In this document: in pieces, positions 9,562-18,703 of the stretch
Position numbering within the stretch: position 1 is the stretch's first letter
How the letters are laid out: each line of letters begins with the position of its first letter
Assembly (NCBI GenBank): GCA_963727845.1
Contig: CAVSHI010000003.1
Coordinates: forward strand, 787,764 to 851,763
DNA from: Ignavibacteriota bacterium
Lineage (GTDB): Bacteria; Bacteroidota; Ignavibacteria; UBA10030; SZUA-254
Length of the DNA: 64,000 nt
Direction of reading: 5' to 3'
Program-made: the position numbers and the translations under genes
The notes under the pieces: model-generated
What the model was told of the DNA's origin: nothing
Databases searched by the model: none
Seen by the model: the letters and a program-made list of their open reading frames with translations, nothing else

Positions 9562-10173
9562 CTATTCTGAAAATCGCGCCTTCAGAAGTTCCGCGATCAA
9601 CCCATCTCTGTTTGCCCGGGAAATTTCGCGGCCGACAATAGAGAGACCCTTCACTCCTCTCGCAAAACGACGCAGCGCGTGTACCGTCATTGCCTCAAGC
9701 TGGCGGCGATACTCCTGCGCATCGTCGCTCATCGCAATCTCCGGCGGCGGTTCGACCGGGGCGGAAATCTCCGGGAGTTTTTCCTCCTGATGACCTTCCG
9801 CGACAGCATGTTCGGCGACTTTTTCTTTCGGGGGTCTGCCGGATTTCCTTTTCACCGGCGGCGCCGTTTCTTTGGGCACACGTTCACTCGCTTTTTTCGC
9901 CGGGGGATAGATAAGAATCTCCGTTTCGTCATCGGGGCGTGGAATGACATGTGAAGAAACGAGCTCCCCGACACGTTGTGCGGCAGCAGCGCCGGCATCG
10001 ACGGCGGCGCGGACAGCGGCAACATCACCTCTGACCATCACGGTGATCAAGCCGGATCCGGCGCGCTCTTTGCCGATGAGCTCGACATCCGCAGCTTTGA
10101 CCATCGCATCGGCTGCCTCGATGGCGGCAACAAGCCCCCGCGTCTCAATTAACCCAAGTGCATACTCAAGCAT
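9562..10173 (-). CDS. bacterial microcompartment shell protein BMC-H (Pfam00936) with ~110-aa C-terminal extension (AT-hook-like linker + Rho_N/SAP-like domain)
   Basis: Residues 1-90 read [29 protein letters not shown]...[38 protein letters not shown], the canonical BMC-H fold. A P/K/E-rich linker follows with [11 protein letters not shown] (GRP AT-hook core), then [40 protein letters not shown], which resembles the Rho termination factor N-terminal helical domain. Confidence 0.8.
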   Translation of the reverse strand: MLEYALGLIETRGLVAAIEAADAMVKAADVELIGKERAGSGLITVMVRGDVAAVRAAVDAGAAAAQRVGELVSSHVIPRPDDETEILIYPPAKKASERVPKETAPPVKRKSGRPPKEKVAEHAVAEGHQEEKLPEISAPVEPPPEIAMSDDAQEYRRQLEAMTVHALRRFARGVKGLSIVGREISRANRDGLIAELLKARFSE

Positions 10174-10251
10174 GAAAATCTCACGATCGATTTAATCCCC
10201 TCGGCGGGTCGCAGGCAAAATCGCCGTGTCACCCGATCCCGGGGGTTGAAA

Positions 10252-10545
10252 TCAGTCTTTGGACCGCTTCGGAAGAATCATCTCAACGTCGCTGTGCGGG
10301 CGCGGGATGACGTGGACCGAGACCAGCTCTCCAACGCGTTGCGCGGCGGCAGCGCCGGCGTCTGTCGCGGCCTTGACGGCGCCAACGTCTCCGCGCACCA
10401 TCACGGTCACATACCCGCCGCCAATGACCTCCTTACCGATCAGCGTCACTTTTGCAGCCTTCACCATTGCATCGGCAGCTTCGATGGAACCGACCAGGCC
10501 CTTCGTCTCGACCATTCCAAGCGCATCAAGAGAAATATCTGCCAT
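10252..10545 (-). CDS. bacterial microcompartment shell protein BMC-H (PduA/EutM/CcmK-like)
   Basis: 97 aa; [76 protein letters not shown]. It is about 70% identical to the N-domain of the upstream paralog. Confidence 0.85.
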   Translation of the reverse strand: MADISLDALGMVETKGLVGSIEAADAMVKAAKVTLIGKEVIGGGYVTVMVRGDVGAVKAATDAGAAAAQRVGELVSVHVIPRPHSDVEMILPKRSKD

Positions 10546-10882
10546 GTAGATTTACTCCTTTCAAAGAAAGATTATGGAAATTCTTTTCAAATAAACGTGA
10601 TTCGAATATACTGAAACGGGAGCATAATGTCAATCAACATTGGAAATTCCGGCGAAACCGGCCCATTTTCTCTTATTTTTTGTGCTCCCGAAAGGCCTGG
10701 GATTTTCTTCTTGACCGGTCTGGATCTGGACCTCCAAATCCTGCTGTAGATCCAGGGATTTAACCGGACTTGCCCGTCCGTCTGTCGTAATTTCATTCCT
10801 GGCGTTTCAGAGCCTTTAGGGCATGTTGGCATTGAGATTGATGGATGGTTTTACGATATTCCGAATAGAGTAAGAACGAGGA

Positions 10883-12220
10883 ATGAAACACGTACTGAGC
10901 ACAACAGTCCTACTGACCATCCTGCTTGGCATTTCGTGCCACAAGGATAATGGGCCCTGCCTTACCTGTCCGCCGCCATATACGCAGAGTATCCTTCTCG
11001 ATACCCTGAGCATTGAGCCGGCTGCCGTTGTTTTCCAGGTAAGCACGAGGGATTCGACGCACTTGGGTGTTGTTCAAATATATCGCGATAGCGTTTCAGT
11101 GTTCTCCAAAACGATTCTGAGCATTGACACGACGATAATTGACACGGCGCTTCTTCCAGCGCACCACTATCGGTACAAAGCATATCGAATCACGGGCAGC
11201 ACTCCAACTGACTCCAGCGCCGCGATCGTTCTCACTACGATGGACACTACAAGCCACAACTTCACGTGGGAGATTGATACACTGGGGGATGGCGCATCCA
11301 GTCATCTGTCGGATGTTGCTATTGTGAATGATACCTGCGTGTGGGTAGTGGGAGAAATTAACGTCCACGATTCTGTCGGTGGATGGAAGAATCCGCCGTA
11401 TAACATTGCCCGATGGGACGGTCATAGTTGGCAGCTATACACACTGAACTTTACTTATGATTATGGGACAGGGTACGCTCAAGCCGTGGCGGTGTATGCT
11501 TTCGGGCCGACAGACGTTCTCGTAAGTGCCGGTGCGAGCGTAATGCATTGGAATGGACAACACTGGACGAATCTTGATTACTTATACCATTCACAAGGTA
11601 ATATTCTGATCGGAAGCGTGTACAGGATGTGGGGGACATCAGTGAACGATTTGTACGGTGTTGGGTTGCAAGGGAGTATCGTGCACTGGGATGGTACGAG
11701 TTGGCAAACCATTGCAAGTGGCACGACACTTGATATACAAGATGTCTGGGGGTCCCGTAACCAGAAGACTGGTGAGTGGGAAATCCTGGCAGTGGCATCC
11801 GATAATGAGCTAAACGAGGGAAACAAAGTTCTAAAGATCAACAGCAATGGTGCTATGGCAATCCCGGATACTGGATTGCCCTGGAGTCTTACTGGAATCT
11901 GGTTTTCTTCAAGCCAGGCTTACTACATAGTCGGCGATGGTATCTTCTTTGAAAGATCCCTCAACCAACCATGGCGTTCTCTTCACCAAGGTCTAACAAC
12001 CTACTACACGGGTGCAGTTCAGGCTGCTAAGATAAATGATGTGGCCATTGTCGGGGCTTTTGGAGTTGTGTTGCATTATAATGGATCGACGTGGCGAAAT
12101 TATCAAAGCGAGACCGGCCTCACATCTGGATCCTGGACTGCTGTCAGGATAGAGGAGAATTTGCTGATTGCCGTTGGTGAAAATCTTGATAAAGCAGTAA
12201 TACTTATTGGCAGACGATAA
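10883..12220 (+). CDS. lipoprotein with beta-propeller-like W-x-G-x-x-W repeats
   Basis: Signal peptide plus lipobox (LLGISC). There are at least five repeats of the type ARWDGHSWQLY / MHWNGQHWTNL / VHWDGTSWQTI / LHYNGSTWRNY (BNR/Ycf48-like propeller blades). Confidence 0.6.
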   Translation: MKHVLSTTVLLTILLGISCHKDNGPCLTCPPPYTQSILLDTLSIEPAAVVFQVSTRDSTHLGVVQIYRDSVSVFSKTILSIDTTIIDTALLPAHHYRYKAYRITGSTPTDSSAAIVLTTMDTTSHNFTWEIDTLGDGASSHLSDVAIVNDTCVWVVGEINVHDSVGGWKNPPYNIARWDGHSWQLYTLNFTYDYGTGYAQAVAVYAFGPTDVLVSAGASVMHWNGQHWTNLDYLYHSQGNILIGSVYRMWGTSVNDLYGVGLQGSIVHWDGTSWQTIASGTTLDIQDVWGSRNQKTGEWEILAVASDNELNEGNKVLKINSNGAMAIPDTGLPWSLTGIWFSSSQAYYIVGDGIFFERSLNQPWRSLHQGLTTYYTGAVQAAKINDVAIVGAFGVVLHYNGSTWRNYQSETGLTSGSWTAVRIEENLLIAVGENLDKAVILIGRR

Positions 12221-12239
12221 AATGATTGGATCGCACGCC

Positions 12240-12396
12240 GTCTGAACCGCTGATGCTCATGATGGAATGATGAGTATGATAAAAAAAGAGAAGAGACGCC
12301 GAACGATTCTTGGATTATGTTTACATCACAACGCCTGAAGTTGCCATCATGATCATCATTGTATCAGATTTATCAGCGGTTCAGACAATGGGACGG
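12240..12396. repeat. MITE-like element: 15-bp perfect terminal inverted repeats (gtctgaaccgctgat / atcagcggttcagac) enclosing 127 bp with a nested inner inverted repeat
   Basis: The outer IR was verified base by base. The inner part contains ctcatgatgg...ccatcatgat and an A7 run. It lies in the 355-bp gap between the lipoprotein gene and asmA. Confidence 0.5.
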
Positions 12397-12575
12397 GGAC
12401 CCTTTCCCCAGGAATCTCCCGAAAACGATTGACATTCCTTCAAGATTTCGGTATATTTTTCCCTTAGCACACTATCTATTGAGTCATCAGCAAGAGAGAG
12501 CAGGCGCTGACTAAAACCAAGAAAATTTGGATTCTCGTTGTCTCGATCCCGGCGGTCATCATCATCGCCGGCGCC

Positions 12576-14999
12576 GTGGCTCTGAAGCTCTATTTTACGT
12601 CCGACCGTCTTAAGGCGCTTATCCTGCCCCGCATCCAGGAATCGACCCACCGTACCGTTGAAATCAGGGACATCTCGCTCACGCTCTTCCCGCGGCTTGG
12701 CATATCGCTCGAAGGGCTGAGTATCTCGAATCCACCGGGAGCGAAATTTCAAAACGAACAGTTTCTTACCCTCGACAAATTGCTCATCGATGTTAAGATC
12801 CTACCTTTGCTCGGGAAACGAATTGAGGTCAGCCGTTTAACTCTTGACCATCCAAAAATCAATCTTGAAAAACTGGAAACTGGTGCGAAGAACTACTCGA
12901 GTGGAGCCGTAGGGACTCGGGCAACTCAAAGTGCAGAAGGAAGCCCGGCCTCCGCCGGAGGCGCCCTCCTTCTCACGAACTTCGAAATCATCGACGGCGA
13001 GATCGAGTACGTCGACAGCAAGTCTAATTCACATGCGGTGATTCTCGGTTACAACCAGACTGCGAAGGCGGAAACCCGTCCGGCCGACAATTCAATCGCG
13101 ATTGAGCTTCATGCAACCGTCGACAAATTAAGTTATGGCTCTCTGAAGATGTCCTACGTGAGCCAGATTGCGGTCACAGCAACTGCGCGTTTGACGCTGG
13201 ACCTCCAGAAGTACCTTCTCACCCTCGACGACATCGAGATACGCTTGAAAGACCTGCCCTTGAAAGTCACAGGAACGGTTTCGCACCTGCAAACCGTCCC
13301 GTTCCTCGATATCGCCGTCTCGGCACCGGATGCACACATGGGGCAATTGCTGTCGCTTGTTCCTCCCGAACTGCTGAAAGCGGCGAAGGGCCTGACCAGC
13401 ACCGGCGACGTCAAGTTCTCCCTAACCCTCAAAGGCGACATGAGTGAGACGATGAATCCCGGTGTGCATGGGACGTTCAGCGTGACAAACGGAAAGATTC
13501 AGTACGCTCCGCTTCCGAAATCGATTACCAACATTACCATCAACGGATCGTTCGACAAACCCGCCGCACCAATCACTGCGATGGGAATCGGGTCGTTCAA
13601 CCTTGACCAGTTTTCGGCAAGCCTCGGGAATAATGACATCGTCGGAAAACTGCACGTGACAAACTTTGACGATCCTGATCTCTCCGCATCAATGTCCGGA
13701 ACATTGAACCTCACTGAGGTGAAGGACTTTTATCCCCTCGAACAGGAAACCGAGCTCAGCGGAGTCCTCCGGACCAATGTCTCTCTGCAAGGTAAGGCGA
13801 AAACTCCGGCCAACATGAAGGCGAGCGGCACGCTGGAGTTTCAAAACGTGACCGTAAAGACTGCAACGTCACCACGGCCGCTCAGGAACATGGCCGGCAC
13901 TATCACGTTCAATAATCAGCTGGTTGAATCGAAACAGCTTGCTATGAATATCGGCGAGTCGGATGTGACTCTCTCGTTTGTCCTGAAGAACTATCTCGCT
14001 CTCGTCGTAAAAGAAGCCGAAAAGGCCGGGAAGCCCGCCGCGAGCATCACTCTCTCGTCGAAGCAGCTCCGGACGGCGGACCTGCTTCCGGAATCCGCGG
14101 CGAAGAAATCTCCATCAAACAGTCCTTCGACAAAGGCGGGAACTCCGGTTGGTCTGCTTCCCGGGATCGACATCGACGCGAATGTTAACGTCGGCAAACT
14201 CGTCACCGAAAAATTCGAGTTTGAAAACGCCCGCGGATCCATTTCGATCTCCGGAGGTACCGTCACGCTCAAGAATTTCTCCGTCAATGCGTTTCAGGGA
14301 ACCGTTCTGAGCAAAGGAACTCTCGATTTTCGCGACCCTGCAAAACGGCCGTTCAACCTGGACCTCGCCATTGCTGGAGTCGACGCTCACGCGGCACTCG
14401 AGAAGTTTACATCCGTCGGGAATAACCTCTCCGGCAAATTCACGATGAGAACAAGATTGCAGGGCGAACTCGACGACACACTTGGTCTCAACCGGCAGAC
14501 GCTGGCCGGCAATGGAACCGTGCAGATGTCCGACGGCAAGATCGCTGGCATGGAACTCACCTCAAAGATTGCGGATGCCACCGGGCTCAACGAACTTCGC
14601 GAGGTAAGCTTTAGGAGTTGGTCCAACACATTTACGATCGCGAACGGTCGCGTCAACATTTCCGACTTGCGCGTGAATTCCGGATCGGCCGACATTCTGA
14701 TGAATGGCTCCCAGGGACTTGATGGCTCCCTCAATTATAGTCTGACCGTTAAACTACCGGCTTCTGCCTCCGACCGCCTGCGGATTTCCGGCATCGCCGG
14801 GGAATTGCTGCAATTATTGAAGGACAAAGACGGGCGCATCAGTTTAAGTTTTCTCGCGACGGGAACGTACGCCGAGCCGGTTCTGAAACTCGACACAAAA
14901 TCACAGGAGGATCTGGCAAAGAAGGCCCTGGAGCACAACGGGAATGATCTCAAGAAGAAGGCAGAGGACATCCTGAAGAATCTCTTCAAACATCCCTGA
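12576..14999 (+). CDS. AsmA family outer-membrane biogenesis protein
   Basis: 807 aa; AsmA-like N-terminus (ISLTLFPRLGISLEGLSISNPPGAKFQNEQFLTLDKL) and AsmA_2-type C-terminal region. The true start is probably upstream (see findings). Confidence 0.8.
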   Translation: MALKLYFTSDRLKALILPRIQESTHRTVEIRDISLTLFPRLGISLEGLSISNPPGAKFQNEQFLTLDKLLIDVKILPLLGKRIEVSRLTLDHPKINLEKLETGAKNYSSGAVGTRATQSAEGSPASAGGALLLTNFEIIDGEIEYVDSKSNSHAVILGYNQTAKAETRPADNSIAIELHATVDKLSYGSLKMSYVSQIAVTATARLTLDLQKYLLTLDDIEIRLKDLPLKVTGTVSHLQTVPFLDIAVSAPDAHMGQLLSLVPPELLKAAKGLTSTGDVKFSLTLKGDMSETMNPGVHGTFSVTNGKIQYAPLPKSITNITINGSFDKPAAPITAMGIGSFNLDQFSASLGNNDIVGKLHVTNFDDPDLSASMSGTLNLTEVKDFYPLEQETELSGVLRTNVSLQGKAKTPANMKASGTLEFQNVTVKTATSPRPLRNMAGTITFNNQLVESKQLAMNIGESDVTLSFVLKNYLALVVKEAEKAGKPAASITLSSKQLRTADLLPESAAKKSPSNSPSTKAGTPVGLLPGIDIDANVNVGKLVTEKFEFENARGSISISGGTVTLKNFSVNAFQGTVLSKGTLDFRDPAKRPFNLDLAIAGVDAHAALEKFTSVGNNLSGKFTMRTRLQGELDDTLGLNRQTLAGNGTVQMSDGKIAGMELTSKIADATGLNELREVSFRSWSNTFTIANGRVNISDLRVNSGSADILMNGSQGLDGSLNYSLTVKLPASASDRLRISGIAGELLQLLKDKDGRISLSFLATGTYAEPVLKLDTKSQEDLAKKALEHNGNDLKKKAEDILKNLFKHP

Positions 15000-15005
15000 G
15001 ATCCC

Positions 15006-15818
15006 GTGCCCGCAGGATATCTCGCAGTCAGACCGAAACGATCCCTTGGCCAGAATTTTCTGGTCGACGATAACATCGCCAGAAAGATCGTAGCGTCGTT
15101 ACATCTCCAAAAAAACGATGTTCTTCTCGAAATCGGCCCGGGGCATGGAGCTCTGACGAAATACCTCGCGCAGAACGTCCGGCATCTGATCGCCGTAGAA
15201 ATCGACGGCCGGGTGGTTGAACAATTGAGAGAGACGTACGGGTCATCCGCGACGATTTTGCACCAGGATTTTCTTGAAACCGACATTCATTCATTTGCAA
15301 GAAAGTTCAACACGAGGATTCGCATTGTCGGAAATATTCCCTATCATCTGACAAGCCCGATCCTCTTCAAGATTTTCGATGAGCATCGCTTTGTCGACGA
15401 CGCGACTATGATGGTGCAACGGGAAGTTGTCCGGCGAATCGTTGCAAAACCGGGAACCAAAAACTGCGGAATACTTTCGGTGCTCTCCCAGTTTTACGGA
15501 ACGCCGAAAGCTCTTTTCACCGTCTCGCCGAACTGCTTTTATCCAAAACCAAAGGTGACATCGACGGTTCTCCGGATGAAGTTGAATGAAAAGCCGCGGT
15601 CCGCCGTGAATGCGGATCTCTTGAGAACTGTTGTGAGGACTGCCTTCGGAAAGCGTAGGAAGACTCTGCACAACAGTCTAAAATTCCTCCCGTTCGATGA
15701 GGACGTCGTGACGCGAATATTTCCGGGCATCACGATTCCACTCAACAAACGGGCTGAGGAGTTGACCATCGAACATTGGATCAGACTCACCAATGAGATC
15801 GGAGTATGCCTGTCGTGA
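15006..15818 (+). CDS. rsmA: 16S rRNA (adenine1518/1519-N6)-dimethyltransferase
   Basis: KRSLGQNFLVDDNIARKIV...LEIGPGHGALT...IVGNIPYHLTSPILFKI are the KsgA signature blocks. The GTG start lies 7 nt after the asmA stop. Confidence 0.85.
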   Translation: MPAGYLAVRPKRSLGQNFLVDDNIARKIVASLHLQKNDVLLEIGPGHGALTKYLAQNVRHLIAVEIDGRVVEQLRETYGSSATILHQDFLETDIHSFARKFNTRIRIVGNIPYHLTSPILFKIFDEHRFVDDATMMVQREVVRRIVAKPGTKNCGILSVLSQFYGTPKALFTVSPNCFYPKPKVTSTVLRMKLNEKPRSAVNADLLRTVVRTAFGKRRKTLHNSLKFLPFDEDVVTRIFPGITIPLNKRAEELTIEHWIRLTNEIGVCLS

Positions 15819-15904
15819 ATATAATCGTTAACTTCTGCCGCGCCAGTGACCGGCCTTTCCACCTGAATTTCGAGAGTGTATCACTTCCATCCCTGAGTGC
15901 TGGT

Positions 15905-15990
15905 CCAAACTCCTCCTATAATCCTCCCCTGTTAGGGGAGGATGTGTTGACGCTCTCCCCAAATGGGCGAGAGTTGGAGAGGGGTTCAAA
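15905..15990 (+). promoter_or_regulatory. structured 5' leader of mgtA with two GC-rich hairpins (cctcccctGTTaggggagg; ctctccccaaatgggcgagag...agagggg)
   Basis: A perfect 8-bp stem with a GUU loop and a second palindromic unit lie 40-130 nt upstream of the mgtA ATG. There is weak local resemblance to M-box blocks (GUUAGGgGAGG, ACGCUcuCCCC). Confidence 0.3.
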
Positions 15991-16031
15991 TTGGACGACA
16001 CTCATCAATCTGGGACACTGGAGTTACTGAA

Positions 16032-18644
16032 ATGTCAGAAAATACAAAGAAAAATCTGTCGGCGGCCTCTCAAGATACTCGGGCCTCATCTGCCATCCTC
16101 CTCACCGAAGCTGCCCGTCAAACGCCGGCCGACCTCTGCGTCAAACTCGAGACGCAGCTGTCCGGGCTGCCACAGGAAGAAGCGGATCGACGGCTGGAGC
16201 TGCACGGCCCCAATGAAGTCGCGAAAGAGAAGCGACACGGGTGGTTGTGGCGGCTGATGATGACGACCAAGAATCCCCTCGTTGTTCTTCTTTCCGTTTT
16301 GTCGGTGATCTCGTTTGCAACCGGCGACATCCGCTCGGGTGTCGTTATGCTATTGATGGTGTGCCTCGGCGTTATTCTTCGCTTTGTTCAGGAGTCGCGC
16401 GCGGATACGGCAGCGGCCAAGCTCAAAGCCATGATCAGCGTGACGGCGACGGCCCTCCGCGACGGTCAAGCGGTCGAGATTCCGCTGAAACACATCGTTC
16501 CCGGCGACATCGTGAAGCTTGCCGCCGGCGACATGATCCCCGCCGATGTGAGAATCATGTCCTCAAAGGATTTATTCATCATCCAGGCATCTCTGACCGG
16601 TGAGTCACTGCCTGTTGAAAAATTTGACGCTCCCGAAGCCAGAGAAAACGCGGCCGTGCTCGAATTGTCAAACGTCTGTTTTCTCGGGACGAGTGTCGAG
16701 AGCGGCAGCGCCACGGCCCTTGTCCTCAACACTGGTTCCCAAACATACTTCGGCCAGATGGCCCACAGCATCGGCGGAACTCCTATTGAAACTGCGTTCG
16801 AGAAAGGCGTCAATCGCTTTACATGGCTGATGATCCAGTTCATGATGGTGATGGTACCGTTGGTATTCCTGATCAACGGCTTCACGAAACACAACTGGTT
16901 TGAGGCGTTCTTCTTCGCGCTTGCTGTTGCCGTTGGATTGACGCCGGAAATGTTGCCGATGATCGTATCGGTCTCTCTTTCAAAGGGAGCGATCGCGATG
17001 TCCCGCAAGAAGGTCATCGTCAAGCGATTGAATTCGATACAGAATTTCGGCGCGATGGATGTGCTCTGCACGGACAAAACCGGTACATTAACGATGGACC
17101 ATGTCATCCTCGAGCGGCACTGCGACGTGGTCCAGAAGGAAGACTATGAGGTGCTGCTCGACGCTTACTTGATCAGTTCATTTCAAACGGGTTTGAGGAA
17201 TGTTCTGGACAGGGCAATACTTCAACACAAGCAGATTCCCGACCAATCGGTCATAACCCAGTACGCGAAGGTTGACGAGATACCCTTCGATTTCTCCAGG
17301 CGGATGATGTCGGTGGTCGTGAAACTGCCAGCCGGAGAACCCCGGCTCCTGACCAAGGGAGCCCCGGAGGAGGTTTTTCTCCGCTCCACCCATTTTGAAT
17401 TGGACGGTGAAGTGCTCCCCATGGATCCGATTCTCATCCAGGATCTCAAGGATGAATACGAACGACTGAGCAGAGACGGCTTCAGGGTGCTAGCTCTTGC
17501 CTACAAGGACGTGGAGAAAAAAGCTGCCTACTCCAGGAATGATGAAGTCGATCTGGTCCTGAGAGGGTACGTGGCGTTTCTTGACCCGCCCAAAGAAACG
17601 GCCGCGCCCGCTATTGCCGCGCTGCAACAACATGGCGTCACAGTGAAGATTCTCACCGGCGACAATGATCTCGTCGCACGAAAGGTGTGCCATGAAGTCG
17701 GTCTTCAGGAAAGCAATGCCCTCGTCGGCGGTCAGATCGAACAAATGTCCGACGCGGAACTTATTGAGGCCGCAGAGAAAACGACACTTTTTGCGCGGCT
17801 CTCACCGGTTCACAAGAAACGTATCATCGAGGTATTACGAAAGAAGGGGCACGTCGTCGGCTTCATGGGAGATGGAATCAATGATGCGCCCGCCCTCCGG
17901 TCCGCCGACGTCGGAATCTCCGTGGATACGGCAGTCGATATCGCCAAGGAGTCGGCCGACGTCATCCTGCTGGAAAAGAGCCTCATGATCCTCGAGGAAG
18001 GCGTTCTGGAAGGGCGCAAGGTCTTCAGCAATATCCTGAAGTATGTTCGCATGGGCGCGAGCTCGAATTTCGGAAACATGTTCAGCGTTCTTGGAGCGAG
18101 CGCATTTCTACCGTTCCTGCCCATGGCTCCCATCCAGGTGCTGACGAACAACCTCCTGTATGACTTTTCCCAGGTTCCCATTCCGACCGACAGCGTCGAC
18201 GCCGAGCAAATCGCGAAACCACGGCCATGGACCATCGACGAAATCAGGAAGTTCATCCTGTTCATCGGCCCCATCAGCTCGATCTTCGACTATACGACGT
18301 ACTTTGTGATGCTGTACATTTTCAAATGCTGGGATCCCTCCCGGGCATCGCTCTTTCAAACGGGATGGTTCGTCGAATCTCTCATGACGCAAACGCTAAT
18401 CATTCACGTCATCAGAACCAACAAGATTCCATTCCTCCAAAGCCGTCCGAGCCTGCCGCTTATGTTAACAACAGGGCTTATCATGCTGGTTGGCATGTGG
18501 CTGCCGTATTCTCCTTTTGCACAATCGCTTGGCATCGTTGACCTCCCGGCTTTGTACTGGCCCATATTGCTCGTCACACTCTTATTGTACGTGACATTGA
18601 CGCAGTTCGTGAAAGCATTTCTTCTGAAGAAAGGCTGGATCTGA
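16032..18644 (+). CDS. mgtA: magnesium-translocating P-type ATPase
   Basis: The DKTGTLT phosphorylation motif, TGES (LTGESLPVEK), GDGINDAPAL, and MgtA-specific N-terminal and TM blocks are all present. Start is at the internal ATG (MSENTKKN). Confidence 0.9.
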   Translation: MSENTKKNLSAASQDTRASSAILLTEAARQTPADLCVKLETQLSGLPQEEADRRLELHGPNEVAKEKRHGWLWRLMMTTKNPLVVLLSVLSVISFATGDIRSGVVMLLMVCLGVILRFVQESRADTAAAKLKAMISVTATALRDGQAVEIPLKHIVPGDIVKLAAGDMIPADVRIMSSKDLFIIQASLTGESLPVEKFDAPEARENAAVLELSNVCFLGTSVESGSATALVLNTGSQTYFGQMAHSIGGTPIETAFEKGVNRFTWLMIQFMMVMVPLVFLINGFTKHNWFEAFFFALAVAVGLTPEMLPMIVSVSLSKGAIAMSRKKVIVKRLNSIQNFGAMDVLCTDKTGTLTMDHVILERHCDVVQKEDYEVLLDAYLISSFQTGLRNVLDRAILQHKQIPDQSVITQYAKVDEIPFDFSRRMMSVVVKLPAGEPRLLTKGAPEEVFLRSTHFELDGEVLPMDPILIQDLKDEYERLSRDGFRVLALAYKDVEKKAAYSRNDEVDLVLRGYVAFLDPPKETAAPAIAALQQHGVTVKILTGDNDLVARKVCHEVGLQESNALVGGQIEQMSDAELIEAAEKTTLFARLSPVHKKRIIEVLRKKGHVVGFMGDGINDAPALRSADVGISVDTAVDIAKESADVILLEKSLMILEEGVLEGRKVFSNILKYVRMGASSNFGNMFSVLGASAFLPFLPMAPIQVLTNNLLYDFSQVPIPTDSVDAEQIAKPRPWTIDEIRKFILFIGPISSIFDYTTYFVMLYIFKCWDPSRASLFQTGWFVESLMTQTLIIHVIRTNKIPFLQSRPSLPLMLTTGLIMLVGMWLPYSPFAQSLGIVDLPALYWPILLVTLLLYVTLTQFVKAFLLKKGWI

Positions 18645-18703
18645 TCGGATGAAGGCATGAGACCGATCTTTTCCAATAACGAGAATCCGGAATTCTTTTC
18701 CGC

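Noticed and set aside
9679-10195. Plus-strand ORFs (91, 74, 83 aa) antisense to the BMC-H genes
   Set aside because: Ala/Pro/Arg-rich reverse-frame artefacts of the GC-rich BMC genes.
15905-15990. M-box (ykoK) Mg2+ riboswitch upstream of mgtA
   Set aside because: Only two short core-like words match. The conserved 3' half of the M-box is absent, and the hairpins belong to a generic GC-palindrome family seen elsewhere in the window. Kept only as a low-confidence regulatory feature.
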